This document shows positions 34,476-43,917 of a stretch of 64,000 nucleotides of DNA, in pieces (position 1 is the stretch's first letter; the number at the start of each line of letters is the position of its first letter). The notes beneath the pieces are model-generated. The model had not been told where the DNA came from, ran no database searches, and saw only the letters and a list, made by a program, of their open reading frames with translations. A program made the position numbers and the translations under genes. This DNA is from an archaeon (GTDB taxonomy: Archaea; SpSt-1190; DYHY01): positions 4,385 through 68,384 of the forward strand of contig JAZDJS010000048.1 in assembly GCA_043803745.1 (NCBI GenBank). The letters run 5' to 3'.

Positions 34476-35831
34476 GTGGTGGTTCAGTTCATCGGGGAGC
34501 TGGGGCTTTCCGGAACTGAGCGGATAGAAGATGAGGCTGGGGCAAAGGAGCTCCTGGAAAAATATTACGGAGAACTCGAGATTGGGACGGAGTCTCCGGG
34601 ACGCGAGGCGGTCAAGACAATGGCTCTCCTGCAGTGGGGAGCGACCGCTGCGCCTGAGGAGGCCCGGAAGATTGCGGATTGGACTGATCCAACGAGGACC
34701 GTCAGGACGGGGAACGTCGGAGTGCAGGGGCTCCTTAGGAAAGGGGATCTGACAACTTCTGCGTCCTTTGCAATGGCTGAATGGGGACCGGTCGACACTC
34801 CCGCTGGATATTCCCCGCTGAGGATAATTAAGGGTGAGCTGGAAGGGGAATTCCTTCCTTTGGGAATAATCGGGCCGGACGGAAAGGGGCTGGGAGAATT
34901 TCTTGCAAGGAGGGCGCGCAGTTGGTATGAAAAAAAGCTCCCCTCGGGAGGCTTGCTGACTGCAGCCTTCCTGGAGGAGGGGGCTTTCTCGGAAGATGGC
35001 CTTTCCGGGAACTTGATGGCAGGACTTCCATATGCCTGTTCAGTTCAAGCCCAGGGCGGTTGTGTTTTCTGCCCCTTTGGGAAAGGGGAGACTGGAATAC
35101 CGACAGCGGAGGATTTCGGCTTTGCAGCAGTTGAGGCGGTCGGGAGGAACGGCGGAAGGACGACAATTACAATAACCGCAGGGAACACTGGCAGGCCGGA
35201 GCGGGGACTGGAACGGTATTTGCCGGTTCTTTCGGAAATACGAGAGAGGCTAATTGAGGCGGGACTGAAACCGCCCCCAATACAGCTTGAAGTCTCTCCG
35301 CCCAATTGGGAAGTGCTTGGCTATCTGGGAGTTGAGGAGCTTTTCGGGAAGCTCATTGAGCTCGGCGTCACATCGCTTATGCTCAATCCCGAGATTCCCA
35401 TAACGCCTGAAAACGCAAGGGAGCGGGAAGTTCGCCTAAAGTCAAAAGGCAGCATTCCGGAATCGGATTACCTCCGATCCTGGGAGCTTGCAAAGAAAAT
35501 GGATCTTGGAACGGCAGGCGTCCTAATCTGGGGCCTCGGAGGAGAGGCTGCGGATTATCGGGATTTCTCCGCCCTTGAAGCATACAAATCGGGCGTTGAT
35601 AAAATGGCATCAGTCGGAGCATATCCAGTCTCCCTCGCACTGAGGCCGCGGGGGGCGTTGATGGGAAAATACGCACCGCCTCCGTTGAAGGGGCAAGTCG
35701 AGCTTGTCATTTATTCGGCGAATGTGTGTGCTAAAGCGGGAATTTCCCCCCCTCCGGGCTGTTCAAAATGTTCGGCCTGCGGGCCTGACGGGGTTGCATA
35801 CGACCTTGCCTTGAAGGGGGAATTGAAATGA
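34476..35831 (+). CDS. hypothetical Cys-cluster protein (possible non-canonical radical-SAM/Fe-S enzyme)
   Basis: 451 aa with a GTG start. It has CSVQAQGGCVFCPFG (Cx7Cx2C followed by aromatics) and a C-terminal CxxCxxC-like cluster (CSKCSAC). A nearby ATG is out of frame, so the start is uncertain. Confidence 0.4.
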   Translation: MVVQFIGELGLSGTERIEDEAGAKELLEKYYGELEIGTESPGREAVKTMALLQWGATAAPEEARKIADWTDPTRTVRTGNVGVQGLLRKGDLTTSASFAMAEWGPVDTPAGYSPLRIIKGELEGEFLPLGIIGPDGKGLGEFLARRARSWYEKKLPSGGLLTAAFLEEGAFSEDGLSGNLMAGLPYACSVQAQGGCVFCPFGKGETGIPTAEDFGFAAVEAVGRNGGRTTITITAGNTGRPERGLERYLPVLSEIRERLIEAGLKPPPIQLEVSPPNWEVLGYLGVEELFGKLIELGVTSLMLNPEIPITPENAREREVRLKSKGSIPESDYLRSWELAKKMDLGTAGVLIWGLGGEAADYRDFSALEAYKSGVDKMASVGAYPVSLALRPRGALMGKYAPPPLKGQVELVIYSANVCAKAGISPPPGCSKCSACGPDGVAYDLALKGELK

Positions 35832-36211
35832 AGGGAGCCGTTCCGAAAAAGCTCGGACCGTATTCCCTGGGGGCCTCTGCCAGAGGCCTCTCTCTCTTTT
35901 TTTCCTCCGGGGAGACCGGAACTGACCCGAAAACAGGGAAGCTTGAGAAAGGGATTGCAGCGCAGGCTAGACGGACTCTTGAGAATATCGAGGCAATTCT
36001 CTTGCAAAAAGGGCTCTCCCGCAGGAACGTCGTGAAGGCAACTGTCTACCTGACCGATCTCCGGAATTTCGCGGAATTCAACGGAGTATACCGCAGGTTC
36101 TTCGGGGAATCTCTCCCGGCGCGGACGTGTGTCGGGGTGAGCGAACTTGTCGGCGGGGCTTTCGTAGAGGTAGAAGTTGTCGCGTCAAGGAAGGTTGGAA
36201 GATGGGATTAA
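35828..36211 (+). CDS. ridA: RidA/YjgF family reactive-intermediate deaminase
   Basis: 127 aa with the typical YjgF signature (...ATVYLTDLRNFAEFNGVY...GVSELVGGAFVEVEVVA). Confidence 0.85.
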   Translation: MKGAVPKKLGPYSLGASARGLSLFFSSGETGTDPKTGKLEKGIAAQARRTLENIEAILLQKGLSRRNVVKATVYLTDLRNFAEFNGVYRRFFGESLPARTCVGVSELVGGAFVEVEVVASRKVGRWD

Positions 36212-37218
36212 TTGACCTGAGATATGGCACTAATCCAATTCCCCTTGACAATGCGGCAATTGCAAGTATTGCTGCAGAAGCGGTGCGGAAACTGAACGAA
36301 TATCCCGACCAAAGCTGCACGAAAATCAAGCGGGCAATTGCGAAAAGCCTCGGCAGGGGTTTTTCTTCCGGCAACGTCCTGGTTGGGAATGGGTTGGACT
36401 CGGTGATAAACACTATTGCCGAGTCGGTCCTCGGAGGTAGGAAGGGAAACGGCGCGGTAGCGGTGCCGTCGTTCTACGTTTTCTCGGCGGCAATGAGGAA
36501 GCTGGGGGCGCGGGTGCTGGAGTTCCCGCTTTCGGAGGGGACTTTCTCTTTGGATGTCCGTAAGTTCTCCGATGAGATGAAGCAGCGCGGCACAGACCTT
36601 TGCTTCCTCGCCAACCCCAACAATCCGACGGGGAACCTCCTGATACAAGACAAGAGCGGCTTGCTGAAACTGGCCGGCTCCTGCAAGCTCTTGATTGTCG
36701 ACGAGTGCTATTACGGCTTCTGCAAGCAGACATTTGTCAGGGAGACGCTCGAGCTCGAAAATCTCGTCGTCCTAAGGAGCCTCTCGAAATCGTACGGCCT
36801 GGCAGGCCTGCGCCTCGGATACGCAGTCTCTCGGAAGGAGAACATAGAACGCCTTGGCAGGGTCGCCTCCGCCTGCAGGCCGTTCGACGCCGGAACAATT
36901 TCCCAGGAAATTGGCACGTGGGCAGTGGGAAGGAAGAACCGTCTCGCGGAGTTCGCGCAACTGAAAGACGATTTCCTCCGGCTGCTCAGGGATTCCTGCG
37001 GAGCAGAGGTCAGTGGCACAGAGACCTCCTTCCTTCTTCTGAAGGTCGCAGACTCGGAGGAATTCGGTAAGAGACTGGCTTTGGAAGGGGTCCTTGTCAA
37101 CACCCTCGCACCCTACAAGATGGGCGAGAGATATGTGCGGATAGGGATACCTCCTCGCAGACTTTTCGCAAAGGTCGCAAAGGCTGTAGTACGGGCGACA
37201 AACAATAATAAAGGGTGA
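36202..37218 (+). CDS. hisC: histidinol-phosphate aminotransferase-like class II aminotransferase
   Basis: PLP-lysine region LRSLSKSYGLAGLRLGYAV and LIVDECYYGF are present. The start is trimmed to MGLIDL. Confidence 0.75.
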   Translation: MGLIDLRYGTNPIPLDNAAIASIAAEAVRKLNEYPDQSCTKIKRAIAKSLGRGFSSGNVLVGNGLDSVINTIAESVLGGRKGNGAVAVPSFYVFSAAMRKLGARVLEFPLSEGTFSLDVRKFSDEMKQRGTDLCFLANPNNPTGNLLIQDKSGLLKLAGSCKLLIVDECYYGFCKQTFVRETLELENLVVLRSLSKSYGLAGLRLGYAVSRKENIERLGRVASACRPFDAGTISQEIGTWAVGRKNRLAEFAQLKDDFLRLLRDSCGAEVSGTETSFLLLKVADSEEFGKRLALEGVLVNTLAPYKMGERYVRIGIPPRRLFAKVAKAVVRATNNNKG

Positions 37219-37225
37219 GGAAAAA

Positions 37226-39028
37226 GTGAACAGAAAAATGGCGAACGATTCATTCCAGCCCCCGAGGGGGACGCGCGACCTCCTCCCGAAGGAGCTTTCG
37301 GTGAGGAACAGGATTTGCGAAATACTTTCCGGGACTGCCGAAACGTACGGCTTTGGGCCGATAGACACCCCGGTTTTCGAGAATTTCGACTTCCTTGCGA
37401 AAAAGTCCGGGCCCGAGGTGAAGGAGCAGATATACTATTTCAAGGACAAGGCGGGGCGCGAGCTCGGGCTCAGGTTTGATTTCACCGTCCCCATTGCAAG
37501 GCTTGTCATGAACAACCCCCAGCTGCCGAAACCTCTCCGGCTTTACGTCCTTGACAAGGCATGGAGATATGAGGAAATCTCGGCAGGCAGGTTCAGGGAG
37601 TTCTCCCAGTTGGACGTCGAGATACTCGGCTCGAAAGAGCTTATTGTCGATGCCGAGACAATCGCCGTCGGCGTCGCCCTCCTGACCGTTTTCGGGATCC
37701 CGAAAATAAAGGTGAAGATAAACAACAGGGAAATCCTTGACGGCTTTGCCAAAAGCATCGGGATTTCCGAGGGCTCTGCTCGGGACGATTTCTTCAGGAC
37801 AATTGACAAAAGGGAGAAGCTTTCCGAATCGGCGTTCCGGGAGGCGCTCGGGAAGCTGGGGCTTTCCGAGGAAACCGCAGGGCAGGTTTCGGAATATTGC
37901 GGCCTTTCCGGAGAGGCCGGGGATGTGATCAAGCGGGCTGAAAAGCTGCTCAACCAGAATTCCTTGATTTCCGGCGGGATCGAGAAGCTGAAGAAACTTT
38001 TCAGCCTCCTCAAGAATTACGGGGTTGAGAAATACTGCGAGCTTGACCTCTCGATTGCAAGGGGGCTGGATTATTACACTGGCATCATCTTCGAGGTCAA
38101 GGCGGGGAACTACGGGCTTTCGATTATCGGCGGCGGCAGATATGACAAGCTCATCGGGCTTTACTCGGGAGAGGAAATGCCTGCGACCGGCTTTGCAATG
38201 GGCATTGACCGGCTTTACGAGCTTCTTGGGAAGGAAGGGCGGCTGCCGGCATCGGGCTCGGGAAGCAAGGCGCTCGTGGTTCCGATCGGGGAACCCGCGC
38301 TTCCAAAGGCAATCGAGCTTGTCCAGGGAATCAGGCTTGCCGGGGTCAACTCGGAAATAGACGTCATGGGGCGGAGCGTTGGGAAGAACCTCGAGTTCGC
38401 CGACAAGGCGAAGATGCCTTTTGCGGTAATCGTCGGGGAGAAGGAGCTTTCGGCGCGCAAGGCAACGGTGAAGGATCTCCGGACCGGGGAAAGCGAGGCT
38501 GTGGATTTCGCGCAAGTCCCTTTCTACATCGCCGGGAAACTGAGCAGGGATTTCGAGGTTCCGGGCAAGTCCGAAGAGAAAACTTCTGCAATCGCGGGTT
38601 CGGGGGATTTCAAGGCGCGCCTCCACACGGCAGACCACATCCTTACGGGCGTTCTTGGTCAGCTTGCAAAGGGCTTCGAGGAACGGGCGCTGGAATTTGC
38701 GGAAACCCACTGCAGGTGGGATTGCGTCTCGGATGACGACTTGAGGAAGCTGAAGGCGGAAATCGAGAAAAGCGTGAACGAGATTATTTCTCGGAATCTG
38801 CAGGTTTCGCAAAAGGAGATTCCGAGGGCCGAAGCTGAGGAAAAATTCGGTAAGCTCAGGGCCCCAAAGGAGCTTGAGGAAATAACCGTCTACGAAATAG
38901 CCGGCTTCAACGAGCTTCCTTGCGGAGGCCCCCACGTCCGAAGCACGGCGCAGGTCGGCAAGTTCAAAATCCTGAAAATTGAGAAGAAAGGGGCGAAAGC
39001 CTGGTCGATAAGGTATACTGTTGAATAA
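37226..39028 (+). CDS. hisS: histidyl-tRNA synthetase fused to a C-terminal AlaX-S/tRNA_SAD-like editing domain
   Basis: It has the N-terminal HisRS-specific RGTRD motif, motif 2 (WRYEEISAGRFREFSQLDVE), motif 3 (GGGRYDKL) and an anticodon-binding domain. The last 150 aa or so carry HTADHIL (HxxxH) and CGGPH (CxxxH), as in AlaRS/AlaX editing domains. Confidence 0.8.
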   Translation: MNRKMANDSFQPPRGTRDLLPKELSVRNRICEILSGTAETYGFGPIDTPVFENFDFLAKKSGPEVKEQIYYFKDKAGRELGLRFDFTVPIARLVMNNPQLPKPLRLYVLDKAWRYEEISAGRFREFSQLDVEILGSKELIVDAETIAVGVALLTVFGIPKIKVKINNREILDGFAKSIGISEGSARDDFFRTIDKREKLSESAFREALGKLGLSEETAGQVSEYCGLSGEAGDVIKRAEKLLNQNSLISGGIEKLKKLFSLLKNYGVEKYCELDLSIARGLDYYTGIIFEVKAGNYGLSIIGGGRYDKLIGLYSGEEMPATGFAMGIDRLYELLGKEGRLPASGSGSKALVVPIGEPALPKAIELVQGIRLAGVNSEIDVMGRSVGKNLEFADKAKMPFAVIVGEKELSARKATVKDLRTGESEAVDFAQVPFYIAGKLSRDFEVPGKSEEKTSAIAGSGDFKARLHTADHILTGVLGQLAKGFEERALEFAETHCRWDCVSDDDLRKLKAEIEKSVNEIISRNLQVSQKEIPRAEAEEKFGKLRAPKELEEITVYEIAGFNELPCGGPHVRSTAQVGKFKILKIEKKGAKAWSIRYTVE

Positions 39029-39851
39029 CTGCAACAAAAAGAATAAAAGCAAGCGCCGTCTGCCCTGGGCGATGGAACTTGTCAAGCTATTCCGGAACAT
39101 AAAGGAGAATTTCTTTTTCTCGGCGGTTTTCCTTGCAACCCTCGTCGGGGGCATCCTTGCAATGATCTACAAGCCGCTCCTTCCCGAAGTCGAAATCCTG
39201 AAGGGCACGTTCTGGCTTTTCGGCCTTTCCCTCCAGGCAACGGTGATAATCTTGTGGATAGGGGGCTACCTGCTCTACAGATGGAACCTCGGGAAAAGAA
39301 AGAACAGCACCCAGCTTGTCTGGGGGGTTTCATTCCTGCTCTACTCAGTTGTCTTCATTGGGATGGCCCTGCAGGCCCTTGGATTTGGGTTCGCTGACGC
39401 CAAACTCCCCTGGATTTTCTTCGTTTACAGGCAGTTCATGATCTTGTGGCTTGCCGGAATTTATTGGGGGCTTGCCGGAATTGTTTTCGCAAAGGAGAAC
39501 AGACTTGCCCGGATTCTGCCGACGGCGGCAATACTCCTCATTGGCTATGGGATTTTCGCAAACGGGCTCTTCATTGTCAAGGATGTGGAGTACACGATGT
39601 ACAGCTTCCTTTACCTGCTGTTCGTTCCGGTGTGCTTCATCCTTTCCCGGATTTTCTGGAAATATGCCCAGCTTGCCTCGGCAACCTTCGCAAGATACCT
39701 TTCAATCGGCTTTGCGGGCATCGGCATAACATATCTTGCATGGGCGCCCTGGCACAAGACAACCTTCTATTTCGTCTGGTTTTTCCTGTATGTCCTTTCG
39801 CTGATTCCGCTTCTTGTCGGCTTCCTTGGCGCGGGGCAGAAGAGCACTTAG
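39021..39851 (+). CDS. polytopic membrane protein (hypothetical)
   Basis: 276 aa with about 8 TM helices rich in W/F/Y. Confidence 0.5.
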   Translation: MNNCNKKNKSKRRLPWAMELVKLFRNIKENFFFSAVFLATLVGGILAMIYKPLLPEVEILKGTFWLFGLSLQATVIILWIGGYLLYRWNLGKRKNSTQLVWGVSFLLYSVVFIGMALQALGFGFADAKLPWIFFVYRQFMILWLAGIYWGLAGIVFAKENRLARILPTAAILLIGYGIFANGLFIVKDVEYTMYSFLYLLFVPVCFILSRIFWKYAQLASATFARYLSIGFAGIGITYLAWAPWHKTTFYFVWFFLYVLSLIPLLVGFLGAGQKST

Positions 39852-39863
39852 GGGGGTTTCAGA

Positions 39864-40193
39864 GTGGGTTCCGTCGAAAATAAAATCGCTTATGAGCTGA
39901 TTGAGAAAGCGAAATCGACGATAGGCGGGACTGCGCTGACAATTGCCGAATCGGAAGGCCTGAAGATATCTAAGGGTTCCGTTGAAACCGAACGGACCGG
40001 ATACCTGGAAAAGCTTGTGGAAGCTTTCAAGAGGATAATAGGTCCTGTTGCGAAAAATTTTGCAATCCAGGGGGCGCAGGCAGCCCTGGCCGGATTTGAA
40101 AAGCCCGAGATTGACCGGGAACTCCCGAACCTTCCGGAGTGGGCAAGGCCGTCTGTTGCAGCCAAGCTTTCCGGGTTTTTCGGAGAGTTCTGA
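39864..40193 (+). CDS. hypothetical small protein
   Basis: 109-aa ORF. Confidence 0.35.
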   Translation: MGSVENKIAYELIEKAKSTIGGTALTIAESEGLKISKGSVETERTGYLEKLVEAFKRIIGPVAKNFAIQGAQAALAGFEKPEIDRELPNLPEWARPSVAAKLSGFFGEF

Positions 40194-40255
40194 TTCCCGA
40201 CTCCTGAATCCCCCGGAAAAAGGATTAAAAAAGGGGCGCGCGAGCGCGCTTTCCA

Positions 40256-41464
40256 ATGGAAAGCAAGAAGCTGCGGGAGAAGGTTCTCGTATCCCTGAAC
40301 ATCTTCCTCCAGCTCTTGGGGCATTCCCTTTACGGGGTTTTCATCCCGATTTTCCTTCTGAAGGAGGGCGCAACCCTTCCGGAGGTTTTCATTTACGGGG
40401 CAATGGACGGTCTCGGAACCCTCGGGGGGGCTCTTGTCGGCCCGGCGGCAGTCAAAAAGTTCGGGGTGAAATTCCCGCTCGTTTTCAGGGCGCTCTTCCA
40501 ACCGCTCTGGGTTGTCGGGCTTTTGAACCATGGAAAGCTTCCTTTCCCTCTTCCGGCATATGGGTTCGTTTTCGGGGCGTTCACTTCAGTCTACTGGCTT
40601 GCGATAAACGCATACACGATTGAGGCAAGCAGCAAGAAGGAAAGGGGCCTCTTCTCGGGAATTTCCTCCGCAATGGTCTGGATTGCATCCATAATAGCGC
40701 CGCTGATAGGCGCGTTCATAATCGGGAAGTTCGGATATTCGGCCGTCTTCAGCCTGGCAATTGCGGTAATTCTCCTCGCGCTTGTCCCCGCCCTTCTTCT
40801 CCCGAGGCTGCGGCTTCTGGACGGGGCGCAAACCCGGACGATTCCGAAGAAGGGCGGCGGAACTGGGCGGCGGAACGAGATCCTCGGGGCATTTCTCCTT
40901 ATGTATGCGATACTCGGCGTCGGCGGACTTGCGACATATTACGCATGGCCGCTTTATCTTTACTCGGTCTTCGGGGGGGAACTCCAGATAGGCCTCCTTG
41001 CATCGCTAGGTTCCTTCTTCGGCCTTGCTGGCGCGCTCTTCGGGGGCTGGTTCGCCGACAAGATGAGCAAGACCCGGCTTGTCGCAGCGTCTGGCAGCGT
41101 CCTCTTCTTCAGCTGGGTTCTCTCGGCAGCGTTCACAAGCGCGCTGGCGCTCTCGATTGTCGTTTCTTTCCGGAGATTCGCTGACGAAGTCACCGGAAAC
41201 GCGCTTTTCGCCAAGTTCGGGAACCTTTTCGCGCGGGACAACCTGATCATCCGGATAGCCCAGAAACATTTCGCTCTCGGAGCGGGCCTTGCTCTTGCGG
41301 GCGCTTTGGCCTGCTTCGTCTCAATCAGGACTTTTTTCGTTCTTGTCGGAATCCTCTTCCTCGTCTATGCCGCAGCAATCTCGGGCACGGTCTTCCGGAC
41401 GGGGAGAAAGCTCGCGCTCCCCAGGGGAATGCTGATTTTCCTTGAGCGATTTTACCAGAACTAG
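40256..41464 (+). CDS. MFS-type transporter
   Basis: 402 aa with 12 predicted TM segments in a 6+6 arrangement. Confidence 0.7.
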   Translation: MESKKLREKVLVSLNIFLQLLGHSLYGVFIPIFLLKEGATLPEVFIYGAMDGLGTLGGALVGPAAVKKFGVKFPLVFRALFQPLWVVGLLNHGKLPFPLPAYGFVFGAFTSVYWLAINAYTIEASSKKERGLFSGISSAMVWIASIIAPLIGAFIIGKFGYSAVFSLAIAVILLALVPALLLPRLRLLDGAQTRTIPKKGGGTGRRNEILGAFLLMYAILGVGGLATYYAWPLYLYSVFGGELQIGLLASLGSFFGLAGALFGGWFADKMSKTRLVAASGSVLFFSWVLSAAFTSALALSIVVSFRRFADEVTGNALFAKFGNLFARDNLIIRIAQKHFALGAGLALAGALACFVSIRTFFVLVGILFLVYAAAISGTVFRTGRKLALPRGMLIFLERFYQN

Positions 41465-41985
41465 ACTCTCAGCCGCTTTACCTTTGCAAGTTTTTCCTTG
41501 TATTTCGGCAGAGTTACTGAAAGGACGCCTTCCTTGAGATCCGGTTTCGCGCGCTCGGGAACCACAAGATAGGGCAGGGAAACTGACTTGTAATACGCGG
41601 AATTCCGGTTCTTCGCGGAAACCGTTATTGTGTGGTCCGTCACCTCAAGGCAGATTTCGCTTTTCTTAAAGCCGGCGAGCCCGTCGAAGGAAACCTTGGT
41701 TGCGTTGGGAGAATCGTGCATTTTCATTCCCCCGGAGAAATGGGCGAGCTTCTTCTCCATCTCCGCGAAGCGCGCGGACATTTCCTTCTCGAATGATAGG
41801 AACTTTCTCTCGAAAAGGGAGGGCGTCAGGATTGCTGGAAGGCGCTTTTTCTGCTTCTGTCTCGGCTTCTGCTGCCGCTTTGCAATCTTTCCGCTTTTCC
41901 TCGTTGATTTTGATGACTTGTGGTGGGGGTGGTGCTTCTTTGCCATCCTCTTTCGAGCGGGTTGAGGGTTAAAAATGTAACTCAA
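41461..41985 (-). CDS. small heat-shock protein (Hsp20/alpha-crystallin domain) with a highly basic N-terminal extension
   Basis: A C-terminal alpha-crystallin-like domain (VTDHTITVSAKN...EGVLSVTLPK) is present. The N-terminal 50 aa are KKHHPHHKSSKSTRKSGKIAKRQQKPRQKQKKR. Confidence 0.65.
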   Translation of the reverse strand: MSYIFNPQPARKRMAKKHHPHHKSSKSTRKSGKIAKRQQKPRQKQKKRLPAILTPSLFERKFLSFEKEMSARFAEMEKKLAHFSGGMKMHDSPNATKVSFDGLAGFKKSEICLEVTDHTITVSAKNRNSAYYKSVSLPYLVVPERAKPDLKEGVLSVTLPKYKEKLAKVKRLRV

Positions 41986-42088
41986 CAGAGGGGCTGTAAA
42001 CGGGCTGATTTTAAACTTACGACAGTTAGATTGAAAAGGCGAATAATGAGCAAGAGGCCACCGAAGGTCAGAAAAACCCGAGCCCTGG

Positions 42089-42736
42089 ATGAACTATTTA
42101 AAAGGGGTCAATAATACTGTCTCAATGACTTTGCTTCTAGCAACGCTTGAACTCGACGGCGCCAAAGTGCGGGGAATCCTTTCCGCTGACGGGCATGAGA
42201 CTTCCGAGGACGGACATTATGTGGTTGAAAAGAATTTCGTCAAGCTTGCCCGATATGGCGATGCTGCTGTCCTGGGGGCTGCCGGGCTTGCCTCAGGCTG
42301 CAAAAAAAATGTCGCCGCTTTTGAAAAAAGGGGCTTTCCGGGCGTAATGGAGATTATTGATACGGATTTTTTGGTAATACAGCCGGCTTTGTTTAAGGAG
42401 CCGGCGTGGATGAGTGTTTGGCACAGCCATCACAAACGGGATTACGGTCAATTCCGGATTTATTTCCCGCTGAGCGTTTTCTCCTCAGCAGGATTCGAAT
42501 GGGAAACGGGCGGGATTTACGGCGTCGGCGGAACCGGCGAAGAAATGAGGAAATTGAGGGCTTGTTTCGGGGTTCGCGAGCAGGAGGTCCTTTCGGAAAT
42601 TCCCCCCGTTCCCAACGCGCTTGAACTCCATGAATATTTCTTCCGCCACCTGGTCGACTATGTGGGAATAGGCCCCGAATACATGCGCTACGAGCTTTCT
42701 GAGGCGAGCTGGAAGGGTCCGATTTTTCTTGGGTAG
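42089..42736 (+). CDS. hypothetical protein
   Basis: 215-aa ORF. Confidence 0.4.
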   Translation: MNYLKGVNNTVSMTLLLATLELDGAKVRGILSADGHETSEDGHYVVEKNFVKLARYGDAAVLGAAGLASGCKKNVAAFEKRGFPGVMEIIDTDFLVIQPALFKEPAWMSVWHSHHKRDYGQFRIYFPLSVFSSAGFEWETGGIYGVGGTGEEMRKLRACFGVREQEVLSEIPPVPNALELHEYFFRHLVDYVGIGPEYMRYELSEASWKGPIFLG

Positions 42737-42744
42737 GCGGTCCC

Positions 42745-42765
42745 GCAAAACTTTAAAAAGCCGTT
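42745..42765 (+). promoter_or_regulatory. archaeal TATA-box-like element (CTTTAAAAA) about 27 nt upstream of rpl37ae
   Basis: Spacing to the ATG at 42785 is consistent with a leaderless or short-leader archaeal promoter. Confidence 0.35.
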
Positions 42766-42784
42766 TAGCGGGCGTTTCCTAGTT

Positions 42785-43093
42785 ATGGCAACCAAAAAAT
42801 CAATGACTTCGGCACGGTTTGGCGTTCGCTACGGCACAAAGGTCCGCAAGAGGATTGCGGAAATCGAGGCTCTCCAGAAGAAGAAGCACGACTGCCCGGT
42901 ATGCCACTACAGCCGCGTTTCCCGCCTTTCGATGGGAATCTGGCAGTGCAAACACTGCAACGCGAAATTCGCCGGCGGCGCATGGACCCCGAAGACGGAA
43001 ACCGTGATGCCAATTGCCCAAGCTGCAAAAGCCGAGAGGGGCTTCGAGACTGATGCGAGCGAGTTCGAGGAACCGCTTAAGAAGAGAAAGTGA
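42785..43093 (+). CDS. rpl37ae: 50S ribosomal protein L37Ae (eL43)
   Basis: ARFGVRYGTKVRKR...HDCPVCHY...GIWQCKHCNAKFAGGAW, with a C4 zinc ribbon; an acidic C-terminal extension follows. Confidence 0.9.
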   Translation: MATKKSMTSARFGVRYGTKVRKRIAEIEALQKKKHDCPVCHYSRVSRLSMGIWQCKHCNAKFAGGAWTPKTETVMPIAQAAKAERGFETDASEFEEPLKKRK

Positions 43094-43119
43094 AGAAGAG
43101 GAAGAGGAGATTCCCAGAA

Positions 43120-43254
43120 ATGTACAAATGCATGAAATGCGGAAAGGAAGTTGCTCTCGATTCGAATGAGAAGCGGATACGCTGCCCCTATTGCGGCTAC
43201 AAGATTCTCGTGAAGCAGAGAAGCGGCGCAGTGAAAACGGTCAAATCCAGATAA
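43120..43254 (+). CDS. rpoP: DNA-directed RNA polymerase subunit P (Rpo12)
   Basis: 44 aa, MYKCMKCGKEV...RCPYCGYKIL, a Zn-ribbon. It is not in the ORF track and follows rpl37ae as in the conserved archaeal arrangement. Confidence 0.85.
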   Translation: MYKCMKCGKEVALDSNEKRIRCPYCGYKILVKQRSGAVKTVKSR

Positions 43255-43511
43255 TGGTCGGGAAGAAGGGCGGAGAAGTTTCGGCAACTGTCAAGCTTCC
43301 TGGGGGAGCGCCCCTTGAGAAAAACCTGAAAGCCGAACTTGCGGCGGAAAGGGGGGTTTCTGTTGCGAAATCCGGCAAGGCGGTGGAAATAACAGTTTCC
43401 AAGGGAGCGGAATCCTGGGCAACGCTGAGGTCGAAGGTCAACACGACCCTCCGGATTGTTGAAACCGTGGAAAACACTATTAAGGGGATTGCGGGCAAGG
43501 AAAAGGATTGA
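43254..43511 (+). CDS. pcc1: KEOPS complex subunit Pcc1-like
   Basis: 85 aa with its start overlapping the rpoP stop (TAATG). ...AVEITVSKGAESWATLRSKVNTTLRIVETVEN matches the Pcc1 C-terminal pattern (SALRASLNSYLRWI). Confidence 0.55.
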   Translation: MVGKKGGEVSATVKLPGGAPLEKNLKAELAAERGVSVAKSGKAVEITVSKGAESWATLRSKVNTTLRIVETVENTIKGIAGKEKD

Positions 43512-43512
43512 A

Positions 43513-43905
43513 ATGGCGAAGAATACCACCACTCAAGGAATTGATTTTGAAAAGGAAGAGGCTCAGGCTCAGGCTCAGGGCCTAGTAATGCAAATGCAGG
43601 CATACCAGCAGCAGCAGCAGGCCCTTGCAGCCCAAAAGCAGCAGATTGAGGTCAGCCTTGCCGAGGTTGAATCGGCGATCGAGACCCTGAAGAAAACCTC
43701 CGAGGAGATGGTCTATCGGGCAATAGGTCCCATAATGGTCAGGAAGAAGAAAGAGGATGTTGAAAAGGACCTTGCCGAGCTTGTCGAAACCGCGAAAATC
43801 CGCCTCGTTACCGTCAAGCGGCAGGAAGAGAAGGTAAGGGAAAAGATACGGGAAATCACTGAGAAAATCACCCCCCTTCTGAAGAAGGCCGGATTCGAGG
43901 AGTAG
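43513..43905 (+). CDS. pfdB: prefoldin beta subunit
   Basis: 130 aa with two coiled-coil arms (QQQQQALAAQKQQIEVSLAEVESAIETL ... LVTVKRQEEKVREKIREI) around a central VYRAIGPIMV beta-hairpin. Confidence 0.85.
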   Translation: MAKNTTTQGIDFEKEEAQAQAQGLVMQMQAYQQQQQALAAQKQQIEVSLAEVESAIETLKKTSEEMVYRAIGPIMVRKKKEDVEKDLAELVETAKIRLVTVKRQEEKVREKIREITEKITPLLKKAGFEE

Positions 43906-43917
43906 AAGCCCGGGGAA

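Noticed and set aside
42480-42500. tRNA T-arm-like GGATTCGAATGGG
   Set aside because: It lies inside a clean 215-aa ORF, and no acceptor or anticodon arms can be drawn.
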